This document shows positions 39,979 to 53,676 of a stretch of DNA of 64,000 nt, piece after piece. The position numbers were made by a program, and so were the translations under genes. The notes under the pieces were generated by a model. The model did no database searches and was not told the DNA's origin. It saw only the letters and a program-made list of their open reading frames with translations. The stretch is from NCBI GenBank assembly GCA_053919585.1, contig CM132791.1; one strand, given 5' to 3'. Position 1 is the stretch's first letter. Every line of letters starts with the position of its first letter. This DNA is from Euprymna scolopes (lineage: Eukaryota).

Positions 39979-40070
39979 TCTTATATATATAAAGGGACGT
40001 TGTATGAATATGTGTGAATATCTGTTAATGTTCATTTTATATGGACATTGACACTGCTGCGTCGATATAA
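39979..40070 (+). mobile_element. Possible 5' end of a non-autonomous Helitron
   Basis: tcttatatatataaagggacgttgtatg... followed by a TG-rich tract, the usual start pattern of such elements. No 3' hairpin found. Confidence 0.3.
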
Positions 40071-40467
40071 TATTTAAAGATTTAACACAACTGTGCAACT
40101 TAAATAGGAGTGTTAATCAAGATGTAGCAGTTAAAGAAGAACATAATAATATCGATCATTTATGGATAGTTTTAAGAGCTGCAACGAGTGTTCGACAGTT
40201 TACGGCAATTGAGCACAGTTTGAAGAGTCTTGGTTTGCGAAAGTATACAGCAGCTTATAGTTGGATACAGTTGAACGAAGTGTTTTGCTCTATAAAAGGA
40301 TCGAGATTAGCTGACGAGCGCTTACGAAGACAGACGATTAAAATGCGAACATTAAAGTTATTAGGGTCGATGCTGTCACACACGCACTCAAAGTGTAAAT
40401 GATATTTGCAGAATGTGTTGAAGTTTGTGTTTTTTTTGTTGTCTTGTTATATTTTTATACTTTTCAG

Positions 40468-40857
40468 ACACAACGTGCCTCTCACTATCCGTGAATCGCG
40501 AGACGAAGAGGCAAACCAGCGGCATTCACCATACCGGTTTAAGCCGACTTCCCCCGAAGAGGAAGTGTTTAATTCATAAGCGGTCTCCAGAAGCAGGTAT
40601 ATCTCTTTTAAGAAATATGACGACTTTTTTTTTTTACAGTTACTGCAAGGTGTCGACGTCTTCCTGCATACAGCGCTGTATATTCCCAAATGGTACCGCC
40701 TCCTTGTACTGACTATACTCAACGTTGCATAATTCATTGATCAAACGAGAGAAGTACATTTTTGGACTGAAAGTGTTCTTAAATAGGTTTTGTATCTTTA
40801 TACCTCGGATAACTATGGAAAACTGCCAGTTGATAAAATCCGATTAAAGTGGGAACG
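40468..40857 (+). pseudogene. Exon-like pair (40468-40596, 40640-40857) separated by a 43-nt intron; coding status unclear
   Basis: tacttttcag|...CAG|gtatat...tttttttacag|...ACG|gtatgt, in a GC-richer island. The phase-1 frame is open across the junction until TGA at ~40740; other frames have stops. Confidence 0.35.
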
Positions 40858-42399
40858 GTATGTTTTTAGCAACAAGAATACATTACACAGTTTAACATCA
40901 TAAATATATTTCAGAATTTCATCTCCACACAAGCGGAATAGCTCACCATATAAATTTACCACTAGGTTTTTGGAGAAGAAACAGTCATGTTTGAAGTGTC
41001 TGTTATAGTTCCCGGATGAAAATTGAACAGGATACTTGACTTTTGCATTTTAAATTATTATTATAGCCATAATATATAAAAAGAAGTTTATTTTAGAAAA
41101 TCAGCAGACGTTTTTGCTATAGGCTTTAAAAATAAAGGTACAAGATTCAATTTGAAATTTATTTATCTTCAAAGTGCACTTTTATACATTTTACAAAGTA
41201 AGGTATTAAATTTGAATACCTTACTTGTATACATATGTATACGTGACTATAAACATTTGATTATTAGCGAATTGATGATGTTTGATAAATATATACTCAA
41301 TGAAATGTGTATATAAAAATACGTAATTAATCGGACACGAAACTTTCCTCAGGTCTATGCCCATTACCTAATACCTGCGCCAAAAATAGTTTTAGAGTAG
41401 ATACCTTGAGTACTATATCTAAAAGTATAAGTGTTTTTTATTACTTACTATTTTATGAACATTTTGACATATAAGTTTTGAAGACACTTTATTACATCAT
41501 AAGTTTCCATCGCATGCTCATTGTCATTTTCAATTGAAAGTACCGCTACCAAATCGATTTTTTTGGAATATCAATTGTTATCATATTCGTTTCGTTGTTG
41601 GTCTTATTACGTTTTGTTCATTAATTCACAGCATAAAAACATAGGAAAATATGTCTAGCTCTCATTTCTAACTGAAAAAAAAATAATTCATTCCTCTAAT
41701 CGATCCGTTTTCAAAGGACAATACTGTTTGTCTTTTTTCGTTTTTTTAAGTGATTATACTAAAATAAACACAGGGAAAAAAACGGAATTCAGTAAGGGTG
41801 AGAATTTGAAAACAATCCAGATTATGACTAAGATGACGGATATCTTCTTAATTGCTGTGGTTGTAACAAAATAAAAGCAAAACACATAAGTGGTGTAACT
41901 TTAAAAATGTTACATACGAAAGAGCCGCGAATGTCTTACCGGTGAAAATTTGTAAATGTTCACAATTCACGCAGGAATAACAAAAACATACAATTAAATT
42001 GAATCTAGTCCTGTTATTTTAAAAAATGGAAATTATAAAACGTATGTGTTGTTATAAAATTGTTTTCTGATATGCGTGGTACTGTTAAAGCAATCATTCT
42101 GTTCATATTTTTTTCGTTGTTTTCTCTATTGTGAACAACGTGTAGTAGTGGTATTTTGTCTAAAATGCATTTTCCCATGCTTTTTGAAGCATATTAAATA
42201 TAAAACCCAAGTTAGTCAGGCAATAGATATTTTATTCATACCGGACCAACTGAAAATTCCAAAGATGTCTTCCAAAGGGAGTTTTTAAATATGCCCATTT
42301 CGAATTTACAACCTTTGTTGCAATGTCTCACATTAATAGCATTTCATCCATGATTCTACGCCATATATTTATTTAGTACTCGATTATCAAGTACTGGTC

Positions 42400-43500
42400 T
42401 TACTTTGTTGTATCAGCGTCATATCGGAAACACTTCCATTTATATATTTTGCCCTCAAGGTACTTAAAACCCGTTCGTTTAACTTGATTATAAACGTCAA
42501 CGTTTTGATCTTCCATTAGTTTTGTATACTAACTATCAACGTGTTTCTTTAATATTTGACGTCTTGGCGTACACTGACATTCAACAATCTAATGCATTTC
42601 ATCAAATTTTGTGCTGAAGTTCTTGCATATTAATTCACATTCAATTGTGTCTTTATTCGCTCTATTTACGTGTATGCTTGATTTCAACGTGACCAATTTT
42701 GTTGATAATATTCCTTCAAAGTTGGTGTATAATTTCCGTCTTCACTATGATATCGATATTGCTGGTCATTTCTTCCATCATTATCGTTTCGGTATTCAAC
42801 AGTTGACAAAATAGTTTCAATGTAATAATCCTTATATGTCTGTGTATTCTCTTCTGTAAATTAACTGTTTTTAGTACTTGTGGCCCTACAATCACCTAAC
42901 CCTAACTTTACAATCCACCCAATATCAATAAGGTATCCAGCACCTATGTTATTTACTCACACTCGGAATCCTAATAGGTATTAATGTTATTGTCATTGCT
43001 AATATAAACTGGCAATCGGCAACGCATCCGTTACCCCATTTTCGTTTCTCTGTAGGCAGTATTTCAAGTCGTTTGTACACAGTAATACCTAATTATCATA
43101 AGTGATTTTCTACTGTCTCTCGTCTTATGAGGACTCTTATAATCGTAGCGTTGTAATTGATGTTGAAATATTTCCCCGGAAACAATTACCAAAAGTGTAT
43201 CTCACGACGTGCCCTGGTCTTCCCCACTCGAATTCTGCTACTTCAGACGTCTTTACACATTTATTGCATATACAAAGAAAATTTCTTTAGTAAACAAGTG
43301 TTTACTTTAGCCTCTATTTTACCTTCATCTTGTTGATCCTCCTTCCTTAACAGGAGATACAATGTTAAAGCCCCCGCTTTCATAAACACCGATATAAAAC
43401 TTGCAAGGTCGTGAATTCCTTCCAGCTTGCAATCAGTTTAACTTTTGTCCACTAGGTCATTTAATTCTCCTCTGAACGTCTACACCGTCACTCGGCTCAC
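42400..43500 (-). mobile_element. Heavily decayed Gypsy-type LTR retrotransposon gag-pol remnant
   Basis: Minus strand WTKVKLIA/KLEGIHDLASFISVFMKAGALTLYLLLRKEDQQDEGKIEAKV (~43451-43300) resembles invertebrate Gypsy Gag. Degenerate zinc knuckle EFEWGRPGHVVRY at ~43236-43198. Confidence 0.55.
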
Positions 43501-44504
43501 TTTTAAAATCTTCTCTGTATATCAACAAGAAGAATGAAACATTATTCAATCGTCATCACAGAAATCCCGCCTAAATACAGGTGAATTCCTTTTTCGCATT
43601 AATCTTCGTATGCACGGCCAGGAGTCATGCCTTTTTGACAACTCCTTTGGCGTCCGACGTTTATTTATTTGAGACACTTTCTTTTCTGCCAACATTATAT
43701 CCTCCGCGGCCATCATGCATACTTTTACTTTATTACTGTCGCCATATTTTTAGCGTCCTAGTCATAAAGTCTCTTTTCTAAATATATTTCAGTCTTTTCT
43801 TTTTAATCTTCACAATCTTTATGATTAAACTGGCTTCAATTTTCTACAAACTTTTGTTACAGATAGTGCAAAACTATTGCATATATAATTTATAACATCG
43901 CTTACATAATCCCTGACGTATGTTTTTGTGTCTATATGGTTGAATTGTATATAATTATATATGGGTAGCAATTGTGTCTCTCTTTTTCGATGTCGTTTTT
44001 TGTTTTGTTGTTTTTTTGTTAATTCTACCGAGAATGTAATTGGGTGCAATGTCTTCTATTTCTTACGGGGATATTTTTTTTAAATTTACACTATACCTTC
44101 CTGATATATGCGGTGGCCAAGTTGTTGTCAGAAAAGCTTCTCATTGTGAATCGTCCGCAAGTTCTAAAGAGTGGAAGTTGGTTCGATATCGAGTTTCGGT
44201 AGTACAATTTTGTTTATTATTTCAGCATGGTTTGCTTACACTATTAGACAGGCTAATCACCTGTCAACAATTAAGATTGCCTAATATATTTACATTACTT
44301 ACTTGCAATTGATGCGAACTTAAAATAATATTTATTTTCTGGTTTAGTTAGGGTCCGTACATATATATAATGCGCATCTCAAAAAACGAATTCCAATTAA
44401 GGAATAACATATATACCAATCGATACGGACCGGACTATGGAAGATCAGATAATAAATAAACGTGGATTTATAAGATTAAAGAATCCAACCTTGATCGCCC
44501 TTCG

Positions 44505-44770
44505 GGGGCCGTGGCGCAGTTGATAGAGACGTTGAATCTCTACCGTTCCAGATGAGCATTGTCTGAAGATAGCGGGTTCAATCCCACCCAAAGCGTGCCA
44601 GAGGGTTACTTGGCCAATATGTGGTGAGACGACAATAACTACGGATGGCAGTGATGGCTGTGAATGCAGTTAGGAGATTCGAAGTTCCTATCCGTCGCGG
44701 TTACCACCTGATGAAGGCCAGAGGAATAGTTGGCCGAAACGTTGTGAATAAAACAAACCAATAAAAGATG
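44505..44770 (+). mobile_element. tRNA-derived SINE-like element ending in a hammerhead ribozyme
   Basis: GGGGCCG TGGCGCAGTTGA (A box 44512-44523), GGTTCAATCCC (B box 44575-44585), structured body, hammerhead 44705-44746, then AATAAA and an A-rich tail. Confidence 0.75.
44705..44746 (+). ncRNA. Minimal type I hammerhead ribozyme motif (Penelope pseudo-LTR type)
   Basis: cac CTGATGA a ggcca gaggaatagt tggcc GAAA cgtt gtg. Stem I cac/gtg, perfect 5-bp stem II, palindromic minimal stem III (aacgtt), GUU triplet, one extra A after the core. Confidence 0.75.
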
Positions 44771-45882
44771 AAAAACAATAACTAATAAAGATGAGACTAA
44801 TAGTCGGAAATAAATATCAATTAATGTAAGATTAAATACATCATTAATTCTTTTGTGCTTAAGAAATTAGTATGGAAACAAATCGTTATATAGTCATGCT
44901 ATCTGTACAANNNNNNNNNNNNNNNNNNNNNNNNNNNNNNNNNNNNNNNNNNNNNNNNNNNNNNNNNNNNNNNNNNNNNNNNNNNNNNNNNNNNNNNNNN
45001 NNNNNNNNNNNNNNNNNNNNNNNNNNNNNNNNNNNNNNNATATATTGAGAGACTAAAGATTGACACACAGAGACCTCCAAAGTAAGTAGTTGTAGCTATA
45101 AATATAGAAGCATTCTTTTTCGATATGTTTCTAAAACTTGTTGTGTAAATGCAGAAGCTCTTAATTACAATATAATGAATTCATTTTGTTTATATTCATT
45201 CAATGTATTGTAAACCCGAATGTAAACGCTTGCAATATAAACTCTTTTTATGGAGTGGATGACTGCGAATTTAATGCTTTAAAATTAATTTACAATATTT
45301 TAAGGCCTATCGGATGTAATAATTGATTATGATAGCATTAACACGGCGACCTTTTCTGCTTCAGATTTTTTTCTACACATTCACCGCATTTCTTAATTTA
45401 TTCATGCATATCTGTCTTTGACGCACATCCTTGACAGGGTTTGGTTACTTAGCGGTTTGTACCACCAAAATCTTCAAGAGGGAAGTAAAACTTTCAGGCA
45501 TTGCAAAATTTCAGTCATTTAACAATGCAATTTAATTCCCATTTGAGTCAGTCTGGTGGAAATATGGGAAATTACCTATGTACATGAATGAAAAACAATA
45601 AGGTAAGAGGTAGGTGAAACTATATCTCGTAACAAAACAACATTTCTGAAGTATATGAGCACTAAGGGATATTTACAGATTTTGTGAAACAATAGTTTTA
45701 ATATACAAATGAATTAATTTAATTGAAAATCCATCACACCATGAAAAAAACAGTATCAGCATGATTTTACCTCGCAGGCTCCCTCGTTGCATAAACCATA
45801 TTTATTGCAGATTTGAGGCTTCAAGACGGGAAAAGCTACACCGAACACAAGAAAGAACTCTAAATATATTAAACACACGCGA

Positions 45883-45883
45883 A

Positions 45884-45928
<45 letters not shown>

Positions 45929-46040
45929 GTTATTATTATTATTATTGATAGTAAAAATACTACTATTACTAAAAATAATAATAATAAGAAGAAGAAGTAG
46001 AATAATAATAAGAAGAAGAAGTAGAAGAAGAAGAAGAAGA
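45883..46040. repeat. Compound (ATT)n-(AAT)n-(AAG)n microsatellite
   Basis: Directly visible. Confidence 0.95.
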
Positions 46041-46498
46041 AAAAATTACAATAAAAGACAGCGAAATATGTGTCATGGCGGAAGAACGACCTTTCAACAT
46101 TTGAACGAACGGACATAATTTCTATTGCACTTTTTGCTTTTCACATTTTTCCATTGTCTATTATAAACGGTATAGTAAAAAAAGAACGAATATGTCCAGT
46201 TACGCATACTCAAATCATTCGACACGCTGCGCACATCCCATAAGTCCTTTACCCACCAAATATCATCTTGTCTGATTTTGAGTTCTAAAATATAGCATGC
46301 CTAAATTAAGTGGCTGTAGAAGAGAATGCACGCAGCTATACATACGCACCTGACATATAAATGTTTAGACGATCAGAGAAAGTTATCTAAGAATATCGTT
46401 AACGTTATAATTTTAAATAAAATGAAATAATTAAATATATTATTATATGAGCCAACGTACGGCAAACAACATCTATGATGTATGTCTGTGCATATATA

Positions 46499-46573
<75 letters not shown>

Positions 46574-47049
46574 GGTTGTTACTAGGTAAAAATAAATAGC
46601 AAGCGACTGTAGCGGAAAGCTTAATCATTATCGGTATTATATATCATTATTTGTCACTGGAATGCAGGGGGCACCACAGTTTAGTGTTATCGTGCGATAG
46701 TGTTGAGAAATACTAGCAAATAAGTGCAATCTTTACTAATATTATTTCTGTTTCAACTACTACTACTACTACTAATAATAATAATTAGGGCAATGACAGA
46801 AAATATTCTTATCATTTTTTTTTAGTTCTAGAGTATATATCTGACCCTGCTAGACAGAGTTAATTAATCGAGACCCACATCACTCTGTAAAAATCATATA
46901 AGGCATTAACTTATATATACCCCAAAATAAAAAAAATAAAAATAATAGTTTCTTGTCATAGTCTTAGTCATAAGATATATAATGTATATTATAAAAAATG
47001 ATATATAATAATATATTAAATAATAACACATAATCTGCTATTTATAGAA

Positions 47050-48358
47050 CAAAAGATCGTGAAGGAGATTAATTGAAGGGGACCAATTTAGCCATGGCAT
47101 GGATCGACTACAATAAAAACGTACGACAGGATCTCCTAAGCCTGGATAATAGAATAATATAAATCTATAAATACCAAACAGATAAATACGTGATTGAAAA
47201 ACAATGAGACCATGAAGACTGAAACTGACAGCTGATGGACAACACATAGCAAAAATTTACGTACAAAGAGGCATCTTCCAAGGAGGTTCTCTGTTACCAT
47301 TATTGTACATCATAGCCATGATGCCCCTGAACAATATACTGAAAAAGTGCGAAGCCAAAGTCAAATCCGCTAATACAGAAAAAAGCACCTGATGTACGTG
47401 GACGAACTGAAGTTTGTTGCAAGAACCGAAAAGGGACAACAGATGCTAATAAACGCCCCAGGATATACAAATGAAGTTTGAGATGGAAAAATCCGGCCTA
47501 CTTTAATAATAAAGGGCAATCTAGAGGCAACAGAAAGCCTTTACAAACGGAGATTAGGGCACTAGAGAAAAATACACCTATAAATACTCTGGAGTTCTGG
47601 AAGCAGACACCAGCAAAACAACAGAAATGAAAAAAAATTGGAAAATAATGTCTCAGGAGAACAAGAAAACTCCTGGAAATAAAATTATTCAGTTGAAACT
47701 TAATAAATTGTATAAATACATGAACAATATCACTATAAATATACTATGGGCCCTTCATAGGATGAACTAAAAAAGAACTGAGACAGCGTTATCAGAAGAC
47801 CAGGAAACACATGACCATGGACAAGGCACAACATCAAAAGGACGATGTTGACCGACTTAACGTGAGAAGAAAAACCTGTGAGAGAAGACTTGTCTGTATA
47901 GAAGACTAGATGAAAGATAGAAACTGTCATAGAGATAAAACACAAAGCAACAACACACGGAAGTATAACACACTGAAATTCCAGAAATGTGAGCATACAC
48001 AGCCGTGTTTTTCTCATGTCATCATATACTAGTGTCACTGCAAATAAGTTAGGGCCAACGAGGATTGAAAGATCGAGGTAGAAAAACACGCCATACGTCC
48101 CTTGAATGTAGTTAAAAAAGGAATGTGACTTAGGGAGAGGTATAATCATCCAAATGAAAATCTAAACCAATTTTCGCTACTAACGATAAATCAACGGTAA
48201 GCGGATGTTGCGTTGTTTATCTGCAAACGTTATCTATACAGGTGGAGAATACTAGGGATCTGGAGAAACAAGTTTTCAATTAGAGTCCAGAAAACACCAC
48301 AAGTTGTTCTGAAAGGGAAACATTTGATGATGGCTTGTATAAATACTTCTAATGAGTA

Positions 48359-48406
<48 letters not shown>

Positions 48407-48436
48407 TATAATAATAATAATAATAATAATAATAAT
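47050..48436 (+). mobile_element. Decayed R4/Dong-type (RLE-clade) non-LTR retrotransposon ending in (TAA)n
   Basis: NLAMAWIDY (~47084-47111), QRGIFQGGSL (47264-47293), HLMYVDELK (47387-47412), YKYSGVLEAD and DDVDRL motifs. Probable 3' end at 48240-48360 runs into (TAA)n 48361-48436. Confidence 0.8.
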
Positions 48437-50090
48437 CAGAAAAAGCAGAAGAAGAAAAGAAAACCACTAATGAGGTGAGCAGTGTACAGATACATTTTGT
48501 GAAATTAGTCTTTCATCAAATTATTTCAGTAAATTGATCATATATCGTTTCTCCTGGCATGTGGATACGTCCTTCTGAAATCACATGATGAACAGCAAAA
48601 CTATGTTTTACTCCAAATAATCCATAGTTGTCAGGTGTTCCAGAAAATAAATTAGAGTTGTCAATTAAAAGTTCGCAGTCTCTAAGAGAACCCGTTCTAC
48701 ATTTCTTTACATGCCTGCGAACATTAGAGATTAGAGAAAATATTAGCGATTAAGCTACTTTTAAGCAGGGCACCCTGTGTATGTATCAATAGCATCGAAA
48801 AAGCATACTCTTAAAAAAAGTATTATTATAACAAGACCTGAACAACCACCATATTTACTTTATCTGGATAAAAATGATAACCTTGGATTTTCTCAAACCT
48901 CATAGAAAATCATTAGGACGACACGTTATATTTTGGTCGAGATCATCAAATACATCATAAAATAAAAGCTGAAAAATATACAAGTATATCCCGTCTAGCA
49001 CTGCATAGTTTCATGGAAATGCGAATGGAAAAATACATTGAAATAGTGGAGAAGCATTATTACTGAATTTATTTTTGTTTTTGCATTTACATAGATAGAT
49101 AAGTTGCTAAAGCTTCCACAAAAATATAATTCCGATTACATCTTTGAAATTTACACTTTTAAACTTTGGAATCGACACTCTCAGTGTTCGTTATTTTTTT
49201 TACGAAGTGGTTACCACTTATCTACACACGAAGTGCACTCAGTGATAAAGGTTTATGAGTGTAAGGTAGTAGTTTAATTATTGTTTATGTGTAGAATTTG
49301 AACTAAGAAGAACTTGTCAAAGATCGTGGTTACATTGGGCTTTATACTTACTATGTTGTCATCGGCAAGGAAGTAGGACTGTTATGGTTTTAAATAATCT
49401 AAAATACATAAACATGTTAGAATTATTTTTTTATGTAACGTCGGTTCTACATTTAGATATGAGTTGAAAACATAACATGGAATAGAAAACCACCATATAA
49501 CTAGACGGAGCTTCATTTATTCCTTTGCTCTTAAATAGATATATCCATGAATTTATTAATTACTTTAAAAGGCTTCCACTTTTTCCTTACATGTTTTAAA
49601 TTGACTGACCTTAACAATTCTATTTATTTTAAAACTTGTCTTATCATAAAAGTTTCCTAACGTGCATCTATCGCCTTCTTTGTATTTAGGTAAATTTTCT
49701 GTAAAAGTCATCAACGTAAACAATATTCAAAATTAACACACATCTAAAATTACAATTAAACATCTCTCTATTCAAACAGAAGGAAAAAAGACTAAAATGA
49801 TAATAGCACTTCACATATAATTTATTATACATGATTGTACTTATATTTCAGTATGCACAACGATAATTTCTATAGAATATGAATATTTGGAAATAAGTTT
49901 CTCTTGATTTCACCAAAAAGTCATGCTTTCCCTCGGCTGCGCACAGAAACAAACACACACGCGTGCAGCTAAACTATATTTTACCATATAGACAAGAAAA
50001 AAGAGAAGCCCACGAAAGCAATTGAAGCATATGAAGGCACTTTCCGTGTGTGAGTATCTCAGATGTGTTAAGCGATTGGAAAAGACTCAC

Positions 50091-50125
50091 TTGATCCGTT
50101 CACTCAGGCAACGAACCGAAGGAGG
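50091..50125 (-). other. Candidate 35-nt micro-exon
   Basis: ttttctttcgcacag| CCTCCTTCG...GGATCAA |gtgagt; open in phase 0 (PPSVRCLSERI). Not linked to other exons. Confidence 0.25.
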
Positions 50126-50289
50126 CTGTGCGAAAGAAAATTGAATTTACCAGAAAACTCAGAGAAGCCATTCAAGTGGACTGCGAGCAAACGATGTTTG
50201 GCGTATATTTCTTGTCCACAAGGAACACGTGCTATGCCAAGTATGTAATAAGAAAGGTTAAAATATTAGAACATACACTCATACATACC

Positions 50290-50368
<79 letters not shown>

Positions 50369-50716
50369 TTTATTCGTATATATAAATATATAGAAGACAT
50401 CTCGACGGAAAACAAAATATTGAGAATGAATAATTGAGATCGCATGCAATTCACCGACGCACAGTCACACACATACATATGCATTTATATATACACATAN
50501 NNNNNNNNNNNNNNNNNNNNNNNNNNNNNNNNNNNNNNNNNNNNNNNNNNNNNNNNNNNNNNNNNNNNNNNNNNNNNNNNNNNNNNNNNNNNNNNNNNNN
50601 NNNNNNNNNNNNNNNNNNNNNNNNNNNNNNTTTGTGTATATATAAACGCATAGAAATACATACGTATATATTTGAGTAAATTGCAAAAATATATCTCGAC
50701 TTCTCATCCTATATGT

Positions 50717-50768
<52 letters not shown>

Positions 50769-53305
50769 CTGTAGATATATAATTTCGTATTATATATACA
50801 TTCTTATATAAGAAGTTCAATGTGATTACAGAGCAATATACAAAATAAATGACAAAAATATATATTATTTATTTCATGATGTTGACAATTTTTAGTTTAT
50901 TCCTTTAAATATGCTGATTTATACAATTCTTGACAGTATCTCTTTTGTAGCGCAAAATCAGTGACTTTATTATCATATCAATAAGTGAAGCTAGTATGCC
51001 CTTAACTCATTAGAAGAAATAGAAACAATTTGAAACGCTTACAACGTATACAGAATTAATAATCAAATTCTAAATTTTTATTAATCTTCTTAAGTTAGAT
51101 CGGTGTGTAGTTTTACATTTTATTTAAATTGTAAAAAAAAAATAACCTAAATAGATGGGGTAGGCATTGAAAGGGGAATGTTTAATTTGAAATTAATTTG
51201 TTGTCAGTGAAAAAATGTGAATAAATCGATTTGTCGAAACAATATACAAACAGCAATTGAAATTTAAAAAATATATATATTATGTACAGCGACAAAATGA
51301 AAAAATATATAGACGTTAAAACATATCAATATTTTGGAATTGTAACCTACAAAAATCGCTTTTGCGTTAATAAAAATAAATGCTCGTTCTCTTTCCAACA
51401 GGAAGAATTTTTAATCGTGACTTTTTTTGTTTTTTTTTAATTTCTTCGCTTTTATTAATTTTTGTGTATTCGCTTTGTTCATATTATAGTGATGTATAAA
51501 AAATTAAAACGTACAAAGTTAAGAAAAAATAGAAAAGCTAAACCCGAATATACGCTTTCATCGACAAGGAAAACTGATCTGAGTTACTCATGAAACAAGC
51601 GGCAATGCCTGGGATATACAGAGATGCATAAGCCCGATCGTTTGTATATTTAATTATCGCTCAGACAACCGATTTTATTAATGATTTAAATAACGATTGA
51701 AGTGATTTGTAACAGTAGCAACTCATTTTGTTTGAGGAACTTTAATGGTATATATTGGATTGTTTTATGACGACTTGCCTTGTGTGCATCTAACATTTAG
51801 GAATACCATCGTAATTAAATCAGAGGTATCTTAATTTCCGACGATGTAGATATTTGTTAACTTCATATTGTGTAAATAGAGTTTATCAAAACTGTGACCT
51901 TGTCGATGAGAACCAAGGGTCTATTATCATTAAGAAGACTGATACATGGAAATGTTTTGATTAAGTAGTAGTATTTTCCAAAACAAAACAAAATATTACA
52001 GGCTATGTACTTTTGTGTAAAATAGTTCTATTCTTATTTTACTGATTTTATCTAACTTTGATGTCATGCTACAAAGTAACGTATTTAATAGCAATGCGTA
52101 TTATTATTGTTGGTATTATTACTATTGTTATGATTTTTAATCCCAATATGTTTTTATAAAAAAATTGATTTTACAGTTACCGACATAACGTTTATGTTAA
52201 TTACATTTTAAAAGCTATGATTTCAAAATTCCGAGGTAAGGTATTTGAGCTAAACATACCAACTTATCATAATTTTGAAGGCAGTGTTATTACTATAGAA
52301 GTACGATATACTTTTAGAAACGTAATATTTAACAACTGAAACAAAAGGTAGAAGAAAAACGAAAGACAAAATAAAGTCCAATAAGACAGAGAAATCAATG
52401 AGTTGGAAATAAACAAAATATATTTTTATAACAACAAAGGAAAAAAAAATGTAAGCGTCAAAGAAAACAACACCTCAGGAGACATGATCAAAAGTTAAAA
52501 AGCAGAACACAGAAAATAATATGAAAATTCTTAAGAAATAAATAAATCAAAATGAAAGTAAACGTGAATAAAATGGACTGATCGAAAACAATAGAGAACA
52601 TGTCGCCTGTATCCGGGAAAATTGTGGTAGGAAAAGAGATAACGAGAAAGAGAAATGTGTACTTCGCGCTTAAATGGACTTGACGATGCCTGAGCGCCAT
52701 TTTAAATTTACTTCAACGCTTTGATTCCTTCTGTTGTTGGGGGGGGGGGGTAAATGTACAGCTGCAATAAAAAGAAATTCAAAAATACTAAATTTCCAAA
52801 GTTTTACAAAAAATATGTTTAAATTTAATAAAAGTCATAAAAAATGATTGTATTAATACGTGGACAAACAGGCAAATGGAATCAACCAGACAGAAACTGA
52901 CAGAAACATACAAACAATTCTGATCAAAAACTATTAAGTAACTGATGAAATAATTATTAAAGAAATAACTAATTAATAATAATGGTTAATGGTGTATTTA
53001 ATCTCTTCTTCGGCCAAAGTGCCTTGTAACTAACTAATAATTAAAGCATTAGACATTTCAAAGACAAACCATGGACTAAAGACATATAACATATCTCATA
53101 GTCATATATAGGAATAAGTAAGGAACATATCTGTTAATGTTTTGCGGTAAGAGATGCATATATTTTTCTTTTTCTTAGAAAATCTATACATTTATCTGTA
53201 TTACATCTATGATATAAATATCACCTGTATGTATGTATGGGTATGTTTGTAGGAAGGGCGAATGAACTCTTTTTCTGGGTCAACGGCCAACTAGCACCGT
53301 GTATA

Positions 53306-53350
<45 letters not shown>

Positions 53351-53676
53351 TGGGGTGGAGAGGGCTCCCGTAAGCCGTGGTGAAGGCAACCTTTCTATGA
53401 GAAGCAAATCTCTGATTAAAAAAAACATAAAGCGGAAGACCATTACCCGCATTAAGCTGGTCTGCAGTTTAATTTGTTGCTGGCTATCTTGCTTTTGCTT
53501 GTTGCTGGATCTCAACATTTTGAACCGAGAGAGAGACTTAGCTGTCGTACAAAGCTAAGACTCTGTAACATCATATTTGTATAGATACTCCCTCATGCAT
53601 TTGGGCTCATGGATTTTAAATGTCTGAGGGAGTGGCACTTGTCTGACAAGACGTTGCAATCATCATCATCATCATC

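Noticed and set aside
44505-44595. Functional tRNA gene
   Set aside because: No 3' acceptor strand pairs with GGGGCCG and the D/anticodon arms are non-canonical; treated as a SINE head.
52488-52700. aaaATGGCG ORF with hydrophobic stretch on the minus strand
   Set aside because: Hydrophobicity is explained by the T-rich strand; no donor site or homology recognised.
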